Assembly: GCF_000091665.1 (NCBI RefSeq)
Contig: NC_000909.1
Span: 533,581-565,580, forward strand
DNA: 32,000 bases
Direction: 5' to 3'
Source of the DNA: Methanocaldococcus jannaschii DSM 2661
GTDB taxonomy: Archaea; AGJL01; Methanococci; Methanococcales; Methanocaldococcaceae
Of this stretch, positions 1 through 8,719 are shown piece after piece. Under the pieces are notes generated by a model that worked only from the letters and a program-made list of their open reading frames with translations, had not been told where the DNA came from and searched no databases. Position numbers and translations under genes: made by a program. Within the stretch, counting starts at the first letter, position 1. Every line of letters begins with the position of its first letter.

Positions 1-171
1 GCTTGCTATTGGTAATATATCATCATCTAAAACATATCCTTTTTCAAGGTAATCTAACATCAATCTTATAATTGCCTTCTCATCACTGCCTTCCTTTGCA
101 TACATCTCTAAAATTTCTAAAATATGTATAAATTGCTCAATAATCTCTATTTTGCTTTTTTCTAACAGCAT
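1..171 (-). CDS. N-terminal part of an uncharacterised protein, truncated by the window edge (MLLEKSKIEIIEQFIHILEILEMYAKEG...)
   Basis: Open reading frame on the minus strand with ATG at 171-169, 57 codons without a stop to the window edge; absent from the ORF track because truncated. Confidence 0.6.
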   Translation of the reverse strand, partial: MLLEKSKIEIIEQFIHILEILEMYAKEGSDEKAIIRLMLDYLEKGYVLDDDILPIAS

Positions 172-210
172 TTGAATCCCTTAAGAGAAAATTATAAAAA
201 TAAGTTAAAA

Positions 211-1491
211 TTATTCTAAACCCTCAAACACATCCTCCATAGCCTTTATTGTCTTATCAACAACCTCATCATCATGTTTTATTGAGGTAAAGCAACATTC
301 AAACTGTGAAGGAGGAACAAAAACCCCTTTCTCCAACAATCTCCAGAAGTATTTCATAAATTTCTCAGTATCACTCTGCTTGGCAATCTCATAATTCACA
401 ACTTCCTTATCATTGAAGTAGATTTGGAACATTGAAGCAATGTTATAAACCTTAGCTTTAATATTATGTTTATCAGCCAACTCTCTTAAAGTATCTGCCA
501 ATATCTTAGCAGTTCTTGCTGTTTCTTTATAAAACCTATCATCCAACTGCTTAAGAGTGGCGATTCCAGCAGTTATTGATATTGGATTTCCGTTGAATGT
601 TCCTGCTTGATATATAGCTCCCAATGGAGAAAACTGCTCCATAAGCTCTCTTCTCCCCACAATAGCACCGATTGGAAATCCTCCTCCCAATATCTTTCCT
701 AAGGTAGCTATATCTGGAACTACTCCAAAATACTCCTGAGCTCCTCCCTTAGCTAATCTAAACCCAGTTATAACCTCATCAAATATCAACAAAATATCAT
801 TTTCCTCAGTTATCTCTCTTAAAAACTCTAAATAACCTTCTTTTGGTAATATACAACCAACATTTCCCATAATTGGCTCAACTATAATACAGGCAATTTC
901 ATCTTTATTTTCATTTATTGCTTTTTTTACAGCATCTTCATCATTAAACGGAATTAAGATAGTATTTTTTGTTGTCTCTTCTGGGATTCCTGGAGAGTTT
1001 GGATGTCCGTGGGTTAGAGCACCACTTCCACTCTTAACCAAAACATAGTCATGAGCTCCATGATAAGCTCCATCAAACTTAATAATCTTCTTCCTTCCAG
1101 TAACTCCTCTTGCCAATCTTATAGCTGACATCGTCGCCTCAGTCCCAGAATTAACAAATCTAACCATCTCAGCACATGGAACTCTTTTAACAACCTCTTT
1201 AGCTAAAATAATCTCTTTCTCTGTTGGGCATCCATAAGCACTTCCTAATTCAAGTTGCTCTTTAACTGCTTTAATCACAGCATCATTTGCATGCCCTAAA
1301 ACCATCGGCCCGTAAGCTAAGCAGTAATCAATATAGCAGTTTCCATCAACATCAAATAAATAGCAATCTTTAGCTTTCTCAACAAAAAATGGATATGGTT
1401 TAAAATATCTAACTGGACTATTAACTCCTCCAACCAAATATTTTTTAGCCTCTTCAAATAATTCCTTTGACTTGTCCATTTTTAAGGCCAT
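211..1491 (-). CDS. hemL: Glutamate-1-semialdehyde 2,1-aminomutase
   Basis: Protein has [46 protein letters not shown] and the PLP-lysine region [15 protein letters not shown]. The track ORF starts at 1548, but GGTGAAAAT precedes the ATG at 1491 ([12 protein letters not shown]), a better start. Confidence 0.97.
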
Positions 1492-1559
1492 ATTTTCACC
1501 TTTACATTTTCTCATTAACTTCTTCCATAATGGAGAGGAATTAACCATCGATTTTATTC

Positions 1560-1862
1560 TTAATACAACACTCTTCCTTCCTCTAAAACATTCCTATGGA
1601 ATGACCAATTTATTTTTTTATTAAATAATTCCTCACTCTCAACAATTGCATTTATAACAACTCCATACTTCAATAGCAATTTAGTGCATAAATCAATAAC
1701 ATAATCAAAATCCACATCCCCAACTATTAAAATGTCAATATCACTCTCTTCAGTGTAATCTCCCCTTGCATAGCTACCAAATAGTATAATTTTCTTAATT
1801 CTACCTCTATATTTTGATTTTAATGCATTCACAAACTCTTTTATTGCTTTTTCTTCATTCAT
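1560..1862 (-). CDS. Minimal nucleotidyltransferase (MNT) domain protein
   Basis: Motif [19 protein letters not shown] matches the GSxxRGxxxxxSDIDxxV nucleotidyltransferase signature; 4-nt overlap with the upstream HEPN gene. Confidence 0.88.
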   Translation of the reverse strand: MNEEKAIKEFVNALKSKYRGRIKKIILFGSYARGDYTEESDIDILIVGDVDFDYVIDLCTKLLLKYGVVINAIVESEELFNKKINWSFHRNVLEEGRVLY

Positions 1863-2263
1863 AATATCTCCTTTAATGCCTTTTTTATCCTATCAACAAA
1901 CATCTCCGCCTCATATATTATTGATTCTGCTTCTTCTTCAGTTGGCTTGTCAGTTGTATAATCTGCCTTCCATCTTAAATTATAACTTTTTGTTATTATT
2001 CTCCCATATATTTCTTCAATATATCCTTCATTAACAAAATAAAGCCCAAACATCTTTATTACTCCAGCATGCTTTTTTGGATTGAGATTTTTAGTCAATA
2101 ATAGCGCCTTTGCAGAATGGAATATAGCATAATATGCCCTCGCAACGGCATCCCTATACAATTTATTTTCAAATAAAATTTTTGCTGCAGATAAATTCTC
2201 CTCTGCAATCTCTATAAGTGCTTGAATCTCCTCCCTTATATCTTTATTAAGCAAAGCTTTCAC
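1859..2263 (-). CDS. HEPN domain protein, partner of the MNT protein
   Basis: AAKILFENKLYRDAVARAYYAIFHSAKALLLTK is a typical HEPN core; immediately upstream of and overlapping the MNT gene. Confidence 0.87.
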   Translation of the reverse strand: MKALLNKDIREEIQALIEIAEENLSAAKILFENKLYRDAVARAYYAIFHSAKALLLTKNLNPKKHAGVIKMFGLYFVNEGYIEEIYGRIITKSYNLRWKADYTTDKPTEEEAESIIYEAEMFVDRIKKALKEIL

Positions 2264-2337
2264 CTTAACAATAAATATATAGCTCCATAGCCTTTAAACC
2301 ATTTCCAAACTTTCTTCATCATATTCTAATAACCGAT

Positions 2338-2613
2338 TTAAATCAGCCCATTAAACTTCAATACCCAAACAACTATAGCTACCAAAAAGAAAGGTAGAAC
2401 TCCACAACCAAGCCACTGTTTTTGAGTTAAACTCTCCTCTCCAAATGTTTTAGCAGAAATATGCCCAAAAATTACAGCTCCAATAAATAAAAATATCAAA
2501 GTAGCTATTCCACTAAATATCCCCAAACCAGCAGTATATACATAATTTGCCAAATATCCAAAAATAATTCCACCAATTGCGTGAATTAAGCAGCATTTTC
2601 CTTCTAAATCCAT
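2338..2613 (-). CDS. Small predicted membrane protein, uncharacterised
   Basis: 91-aa ORF with three to four hydrophobic segments. Confidence 0.6.
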   Translation of the reverse strand: MDLEGKCCLIHAIGGIIFGYLANYVYTAGLGIFSGIATLIFLFIGAVIFGHISAKTFGEESLTQKQWLGCGVLPFFLVAIVVWVLKFNGLI

Positions 2614-2614
2614 A

Positions 2615-2854
2615 TTAATCCCTCTTTATATCTTCTATTATATAAAGCTCTATCTTCTCCTTAGGTCTCTTTGAATCAGTAAAAGAGTAATCAACCACAA
2701 CTTCAACATCATCATTTGCATAAAATTCTTTATTGTTTAGGATTTTATCTCCTATTTCTAACAAAAATGCAAACTTCCTCTTTGTTTTTAATGAACCTTT
2801 ATCTATCTCAATAATCTCTTTTTTACATTTTGGTTTTATTATGGAGTAGTGCAT
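2615..2854 (-). CDS. Small uncharacterised protein (79 aa)
   Basis: ORF nearly abuts the next gene; compositionally normal for this genome. Confidence 0.55.
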   Translation of the reverse strand: MHYSIIKPKCKKEIIEIDKGSLKTKRKFAFLLEIGDKILNNKEFYANDDVEVVVDYSFTDSKRPKEKIELYIIEDIKRD

Positions 2855-3026
2855 AAATCATCCCTAATTTTCCTCATTCTTTATTTTTCATCTTTTTATA
2901 ACTAATCTCATAAAATTCTAAATCTATATCTTCAATATCTCTTTTAAAATCTTTTCCAAGTTCTTTAAGAAGTTCTTTAGAAGTTAATATATCAGCTCCC
3001 ATAGTATCACAAAAAATTAAAAAGAT

Positions 3027-3950
3027 TTATCCATTATAAGCTCTCTCCAATGGTGGAACAACCTGTTTCTTTCTTGACATAACTCCTTCTAAGAATACAC
3101 TGTTTCCTTCAACTTTGACATTAAATGCTTTCTCAAACATCTCCTTATTTCCAACAACCAATGCCTCACTACCCTCTTTCATAATATCAGTTATCAAAAA
3201 GACGATTAAATCATAGCCCTCATTTTTCAACTTCTCCTCTAACAATTTATAAATATCTTCTTTTTTACTCTCAACTTCACTAACATCTATAACCTCAACC
3301 TGCCCAATTCCAACCTTCTTTCCATTGAAATCAAAGTTCTTAAAGTCCATATTTATGATTTCTTCTGGCTTTAACTTACCAACAACTGACTTAGCTTTTA
3401 AAATCTCCATTCCAAACTCTTCTATATTGCTTATTCCAGCAATCTCAGCTAATTTTTTAGCCATCTCTTTATCTAAGTCAGTTGTTGTTGGTGATTTAAA
3501 CAAAACTGTATCTGATATAATTGCACTCAATAAAAGCCCAGCTAAATCTGGTTTTAGCTCTTTCTTCTTACCTCCAATTAAATCTATAGCATCTTTAAAG
3601 TAGAGTTCAGCTATAACTGTAGCTGTTGAACCAACTGGCTTAGCATAGTATAAAATTGGCTCAGTTGTTGTTAAACCAACCTTGTGGTGGTCTATAATAG
3701 CTATTAACTTCCCTTCTTCTAAATCATCAAAGCTTTGGCTCTTTTCTGAATGGTCAACTAAGATAATCTCTTTACCTTTAGCTGATTCTATCAACTCTGG
3801 TTCCATGACTCCAAACTTCCTCAAAACAAACTCTGTTTCTGGGTTTATATCTCCCAATCTTGCTGGATAGCAATCTAAGAAGTAAGCTAAAACAATAGCT
3901 GATGCTATACTATCAGTATCTGGATTTTTGTGCCCTACTACATATCTCAC
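3027..3950 (-). CDS. ppaC: Manganese-dependent inorganic pyrophosphatase (DHH family)
   Basis: MRYVVGHKNPDTDSIASAIVLAYF, ILVDHSE, AIIDHHKVG, SAIISDTVLFKSPTTT and SRKKQVVPPLE are family II pyrophosphatase motifs. Confidence 0.96.
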   Translation of the reverse strand: MRYVVGHKNPDTDSIASAIVLAYFLDCYPARLGDINPETEFVLRKFGVMEPELIESAKGKEIILVDHSEKSQSFDDLEEGKLIAIIDHHKVGLTTTEPILYYAKPVGSTATVIAELYFKDAIDLIGGKKKELKPDLAGLLLSAIISDTVLFKSPTTTDLDKEMAKKLAEIAGISNIEEFGMEILKAKSVVGKLKPEEIINMDFKNFDFNGKKVGIGQVEVIDVSEVESKKEDIYKLLEEKLKNEGYDLIVFLITDIMKEGSEALVVGNKEMFEKAFNVKVEGNSVFLEGVMSRKKQVVPPLERAYNG

Positions 3951-3981
3951 TCTCTCACCTTCATTATTTGTTTGTGCTAAA

Positions 3982-3990
3982 TTTTATATA
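3982..3990 (+). promoter_or_regulatory. Probable archaeal TATA box (TTTTATATA) for the structured RNA at about 4012
   Basis: AT-rich box centred about 26 nt upstream of the start of the GC-rich stem. Confidence 0.5.
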
Positions 3991-4011
3991 ACCGCATAGA
4001 GATATATATTT

Positions 4012-4164
4012 ATCCCCAACGAACCGACCCAAATGGAGCATATCCAGAGAGTTGCGATGATAGCGGGTTCGAAGTTGGGGGAACAAAAAAGGAGGTCTGG
4101 GCGCGTCGTGGGAAGAGGGCTTTTGCTCAATGAAGATGACCACGATACAGCACGACCTCCTACA
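4012..4164 (+). ncRNA. Two-hairpin H/ACA-like guide RNA
   Basis: GC-rich island in an AT-rich genome. Hairpin 1 basal stem CCCCAAC 4014-4020 pairs with GTTGGGG 4074-4080, followed by ACA 4083-4085. Hairpin 2 basal stem GGAGGTC 4091-4097 pairs with GACCTCC 4154-4160, followed by ACA 4162-4164; its upper stem GTCGTGG 4105-4111 pairs with CCACGAT 4140-4146. Both hairpins carry GATGA segments consistent with K-turn or K-loop elements. Confidence 0.82.
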
Positions 4165-4189
4165 GCTTTAATGTTAATAATGTTAAAAT

Positions 4190-5497
4190 TTAGCTTTTAA
4201 CATACATATTGTTGGAGAATGTTCTTTTTGTTACTTTTCTATAGATAATCTCAAATATCAGCACTCCAATAAATGTTGCTATTATCCCATAAAACACAAA
4301 TCTATTGGTTATCCACTGATAATACAATAAAAGTAGAAAAACTCCTAATACAACAATAAAGCTAAAGATTACAATCTCTTTTCTCCCTCCAACTTCATCG
4401 ATAAGGATATAGTGGGAGAGAATAACAAAGAGATATATAACCATAAATACGGCACTTGTTATTGATGCCACCCCCTCCATATTAAACAGTAATGCAAACA
4501 ACACTCCAAGGGCTGAGGTTATATAAAGTCCCTCTGTGGATTTAAACCATACCTTTCTCTCAAAGAATTCTGGAAGTTCTCCGTCTTTTGCTAATGAATA
4601 GGCAACATTAGCCCCTCCGTATATTGTGGCGTTCATTGCTGATGAAATTGAAAATAAAGCTCCTATAGATATTAATAAAAACCCTAAGTTTCCTAAGAAT
4701 GGTTTTGCCGCCACTGCTAAGGCATTTTCACTGGCTTTAATTAGTTCATCTATTGGTAAATTTCCTATTGCTGAAATGGCTACTCCAACATACACAAACA
4801 TCACAATCAATATGCTTATAAATATAGCCCTTGGAACGTTCTTTTTAGGGTTTTCAATATGTTCTGAGGCATTAGTTATAACTCCAAAACCCATATATGA
4901 TAGGAAGAATATAGCTGATGCAAAAATCATCCCACTTACTGCAGATGGGGCTAAATCTGGAATTACATAAGATGGATGAATTGTTATCAACCCAGCAAAT
5001 ATAAACAACCCTAATATTAAGAGCTTAACCAAAACAATAAAAAATTCAGCCCTCCCTACAGCCTTAGAACCAAAGAAATTCAGAGCAGTGAAAAACGCAA
5101 CTATGCCTATTTCAGTTATGGCAATATTGAATGTATTTATTGGAGCATTTATTAAAGGTAAGAAATAGCCAGCAAACCCTTTTGCAAATAGAGCAATGGA
5201 TATAACGTAACTCATCCATAATAAAATGCTCAAAGCTCCAGTTATTATATTATCTCCAATGGCTTTATGGATGAATGCAATAGGTCCCGCATTTGAAACT
5301 ATCTTTGCTCCAAGTTTTGTATAGGAATAAGCAACTAAAAGTGCATAAATTCCAGACAATATAAATGTTTCTGGAAGGTTTCTTCCAGCTATTTTAGCTC
5401 CAACTCCAAATATAGAAAATATACTTGCCCCAATCATTACACCAACAGCCATAGAAACAGCTTCCCACAAACTAAGCTTTTTATTTTTTAACTCCAT
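4190..5497 (-). CDS. Amino acid permease, APC superfamily (ApcT-like)
   Basis: SLWEAVSMAVGVMIGASIFSIFGVGAKIAG and about 12 hydrophobic segments; recognised as MJ0609-like. Confidence 0.93.
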   Translation of the reverse strand: MELKNKKLSLWEAVSMAVGVMIGASIFSIFGVGAKIAGRNLPETFILSGIYALLVAYSYTKLGAKIVSNAGPIAFIHKAIGDNIITGALSILLWMSYVISIALFAKGFAGYFLPLINAPINTFNIAITEIGIVAFFTALNFFGSKAVGRAEFFIVLVKLLILGLFIFAGLITIHPSYVIPDLAPSAVSGMIFASAIFFLSYMGFGVITNASEHIENPKKNVPRAIFISILIVMFVYVGVAISAIGNLPIDELIKASENALAVAAKPFLGNLGFLLISIGALFSISSAMNATIYGGANVAYSLAKDGELPEFFERKVWFKSTEGLYITSALGVLFALLFNMEGVASITSAVFMVIYLFVILSHYILIDEVGGRKEIVIFSFIVVLGVFLLLLYYQWITNRFVFYGIIATFIGVLIFEIIYRKVTKRTFSNNMYVKS

Positions 5498-5508
5498 GTT
5501 ATCCCTTT

Positions 5509-6813
5509 TTATAAAACCTCATCCAACTTCTCAATAACTTTGTAGATATCCTCTTTTTTAACTCCAATAGCTGAATTTACAACTATATAGTCATAAGGAT
5601 ACTCTTTTAAATAGCAAGTTCCAAATTTGTCATTCCTTCTAACTCCTCTCGGCCCAGTAACTCTCAAATTGTAAAGCTTACCAGCAACATCCAATGGGTC
5701 TTTTTTTGTTGTTATACATGAAGAAATTGGATTCTCTACATTCAAAACCTTCTCTCCTTTTTTCTTAGCTAAATCTTCCAATAACTCATTCAATAGCTTT
5801 TTACACTCTTTTTGTTCTTTCATTAAATTTAGATAGTCTTTAGTTCCAATTGCCAAGAGAGATATTAAAATATTAACAATTGGATTTGCTGATGCCCTTC
5901 CTGGATAAGTAAGAGATATTTCTTTTAAAAAACTCTCATCCTTTGTATAAATTATTCCTCCACCAATTGGCGTAAATAGATTTTTATCTGATGAGCTAAC
6001 TACAGCATCAATTCTATACTTTAAAGCTTTTTTTAGCTTCTCGATATAGTAAAAATTTTGGATAGCATAAGCACCATTTATTATATGAGGGATGTCATAA
6101 TCTTGGCATATCTTTGCTATCTCTTTAATATCATCACTCTTTCTTGGTGGGAAAAAAGTTAAAGTGCTTAAAACTACTGGGTTGTTGTTCTCATTAATTT
6201 CTTTTCTTATAGCATCTTCAATATCTGAAACCTCAACTTTAACAATATCTCCATCTAAAACAGTCTCAACCAACCTCATCCTCATACCAATAAATGAAGT
6301 TGCCTTTATAGGACTTTTATGGGCTGCATAGGGATAGATAACAACATTTGAGTTATATTTTTTCCTTGCTGCTGATAAACAGAGGGCTAAACTCATCCCA
6401 GTGGCTACTGGTGTTGCTATCGCATTTACCTTTAACCCTAAAGCTTTTAAAAAACTCTCTAATAATTTATTAGTTAGCTTATACATCACACTTGCTCCTG
6501 GAGCTTTTGGTTGAGGGTCTATTAAATTCCCACTCCTTCCAACACCATGGCAGAAATCAAAAACACCATCCCTTTGAAGTTTTGTATAAACCCTTGCCTC
6601 TCTCTCACCAATCTGCACAACATTTGGGTCTTTGTCAGTGTCCATAAAAGATAAGAGCCTCAACAATAGCTTTATATGCTCTTCATCGATTCCATTCTCT
6701 GGAGCTTTTCTCTGCTCTAAAATATTTTCAATAATTTTTAAGTTTTCTTTTAAAGTTAGTTTTCCCCTATTCTCCATGTGTTTAGGGATGAGTCCAGTTA
6801 TATTAAGTCCCAT
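5509..6813 (-). CDS. spcS: O-phosphoseryl-tRNA(Sec) selenium transferase (SepSecS)
   Basis: GRSGNLIDPQPKAPGASVMYKLTN, IGMRMRLVETVLDGD, VSSSDKNLFTPIGGGI and YPGRASANP are SepSecS-like. Confidence 0.94.
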   Translation of the reverse strand: MGLNITGLIPKHMENRGKLTLKENLKIIENILEQRKAPENGIDEEHIKLLLRLLSFMDTDKDPNVVQIGEREARVYTKLQRDGVFDFCHGVGRSGNLIDPQPKAPGASVMYKLTNKLLESFLKALGLKVNAIATPVATGMSLALCLSAARKKYNSNVVIYPYAAHKSPIKATSFIGMRMRLVETVLDGDIVKVEVSDIEDAIRKEINENNNPVVLSTLTFFPPRKSDDIKEIAKICQDYDIPHIINGAYAIQNFYYIEKLKKALKYRIDAVVSSSDKNLFTPIGGGIIYTKDESFLKEISLTYPGRASANPIVNILISLLAIGTKDYLNLMKEQKECKKLLNELLEDLAKKKGEKVLNVENPISSCITTKKDPLDVAGKLYNLRVTGPRGVRRNDKFGTCYLKEYPYDYIVVNSAIGVKKEDIYKVIEKLDEVL

Positions 6814-6937
6814 TCAATCACCTTTTTATAGGTCAATAACTTATTAAAATAATCTAAAAATGTCACATAAATGTGATATTTGTTATAAAACAATAATATA
6901 AACGAATTATAAATAAATGTGTGGGGGAGGGTAGAAA

Positions 6938-7510
6938 ATGATTAACATTTTAATAGTGGGGATTTGCATAGCTATGTTTATTATTAGTGTTTTTATGCCA
7001 CAGCTATATTACTATTTTGCATTATGGCCAAATCTCTTTACCAATATGCCTTGGCAAGTAATTACAAGCATATTTATGCATGCAGGCATAACTCATTTAT
7101 TGGTGAATATGTTAGTATTATTTATATTCGGAACATACTTGGAAAATATAGTTGGCTCAAAAAAATATCTCATAATCTTTTTATTCTCAGGAATTATTGG
7201 GAATTTAGCATATATTGCCTATGCCTATTTCACTGGGGATTACAACCCATCAGTCGGAGCTTCTGGGGCAATATTTGGAATAATGGGAGCTTTAGCTATT
7301 TTAGCTCCACATTTAAGAGTTGTTGTATTTCCCTTACCAATCCCAGTAAATATAAGAGTGGCAGTAATCATATTTGCACTTATAGATTTAATTCTACTCC
7401 CTTACTCTTTAAAAACTGGAATTGCACACATAACACACTTAGCTGGGCTTATAACTGGATTAATATTTGGAAAACTACTATATAGGAAAATGGATGTAAG
7501 ATACTATTAA
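6938..7510 (+). CDS. Rhomboid family intramembrane serine protease
   Basis: SIFMHAGITHLLVNMLVLFIFG, GASGAIFGIMGAL (catalytic Ser) and HITHLAGLITGLIFG; start preceded by GGGAGGGT. Confidence 0.95.
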   Translation: MINILIVGICIAMFIISVFMPQLYYYFALWPNLFTNMPWQVITSIFMHAGITHLLVNMLVLFIFGTYLENIVGSKKYLIIFLFSGIIGNLAYIAYAYFTGDYNPSVGASGAIFGIMGALAILAPHLRVVVFPLPIPVNIRVAVIIFALIDLILLPYSLKTGIAHITHLAGLITGLIFGKLLYRKMDVRYY

Positions 7511-7528
7511 AAATCCAATGGTGAAAAA

Positions 7529-8104
7529 ATGAGTATCTTTAGATTTTCACAAAGAGAGATAATTGACTTAACAATATCGGTATTGGCAATAGCGTTTATT
7601 TTCTCTTATCCAAATTTTTCAATTCTTGTTTTTATTATTAGCTTAATAGCCGTTGGTAGTGGCTTTATATTCCATGAATTAATGCATAGAACTGTAGCAA
7701 GGAAGTATGGAGCGTGGAGTGAATTTAGAGCATGGTATGAAGGCTTAATATTAGGTTTTATATTAAAGCTTGTCTTTGGAGCTACATTCATAGCTCCCGG
7801 GGCAGTTTATATTTACAAAGATTATTTAACCCCAGAAGAGAATGGAAAAATAGCTTTAGCTGGACCTCTAACAAACGTTGCTTTGGCATTTGTGTTTTTT
7901 ATATTAATGTTAATCTTTAAACCGGGTTCTTTATTATATTGGATAGGAATTTTTGGATTCCATATAAACCTATTCTTAGCTGGCTTTAATATGCTTCCAA
8001 TACCTCCATTTGATGGAGAAAAAGTTTTAAAATGGAATCCATTTATTTGGGCAATTGTTGGACTCCCTTTAATTGGATATATGCTATATATGATGTTCTG
8101 GTGA
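7529..8104 (+). CDS. Site-2 protease (M50) family membrane metalloprotease homologue
   Basis: HELMH fits HExxH, and [16 protein letters not shown] fits the second zinc-ligand region. Confidence 0.92.
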
Positions 8105-8625
8105 AAATCTTGAGTATAAGAGAGATTTTTCAAATACTCTCTTTGATGTATTTGTTATTTTTATACATTGGATTCTTACTCATTTCAAAATTTGATATCT
8201 CTTTATCATTAGCATTTTTCTTTCCATGTGTTTTTTGGATATGTTGGGCAAAGATAAAAAATGAAACATGGGATATTCCTAACAGAAAAAATAGATTAGT
8301 CCCATTAATTTTTACTTTAATTTATTTATCAATATTAGCAATATTTTGGAAAAATATCTTTATAATAATTTTTCTGGTTAATGTTTTAGTAATTTTAATA
8401 ATCACAAAATTTTGGAAGATAAGCATGCATAATTATGGATTATCTGCCATGGCTTATCTCATATATGCTTTCACAAACAGTATTTGGTTATCCACCATAT
8501 ATCTAATATTAGTAATCATTACTGGATATGCAAGAATCTATTTAAAGAAACATACAGTTTCTCAAGTTATTGCTGGAACAATTTTAGGAATTTCAGTTAA
8601 TTATATTTTATTAAATCTTATTTAG
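8101..8625 (+). CDS. PAP2-superfamily-like membrane protein
   Basis: Likely GTG start at 8101 overlaps the protease stop codon (GTGA). Contains [12 protein letters not shown] and [22 protein letters not shown], resembling PAP2 motifs 2 and 3. The ATG at 8032 in the track would overlap the protease by over 70 nt. Confidence 0.75.
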
Positions 8626-8655
8626 GTGAAATTCATGGAAAATAAAAACCTAACA

Positions 8656-8680
8656 ATGAAACTTTTAGAAAAAGTTTCAT
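8656..8680. repeat. Perfect inverted repeat ATGAAACTTTT-AGA-AAAAGTTTCAT; core shared with 10124-10140 and 11982-11998
   Basis: Direct reading; 11-bp arms with a 3-nt centre. Confidence 0.9.
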
Positions 8681-8719
8681 CAAAATATATATACTACAAT
8701 CCTATAAAGGGGGAATATT

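Noticed and set aside
3325-3870. Antisense ORFs inside the pyrophosphatase gene, and similar antisense ORFs inside ftsZ, leuS, mptN, the radical SAM gene and others
   Set aside because: Each is opposite a confidently identified gene, with repetitive, atypical composition and no independent start signals.
4012-4080. tRNA-like T-arm string GGGTTCGAA in the first hairpin of the 4012-4164 RNA
   Set aside because: No acceptor, D or anticodon arms fit; the flanking stem and ACA box fit an H/ACA-type hairpin instead.
7024-7485. 153-aa ORF on the same strand within the rhomboid gene
   Set aside because: An out-of-frame reading of a well-supported rhomboid gene; the translation lacks any coherent domain.
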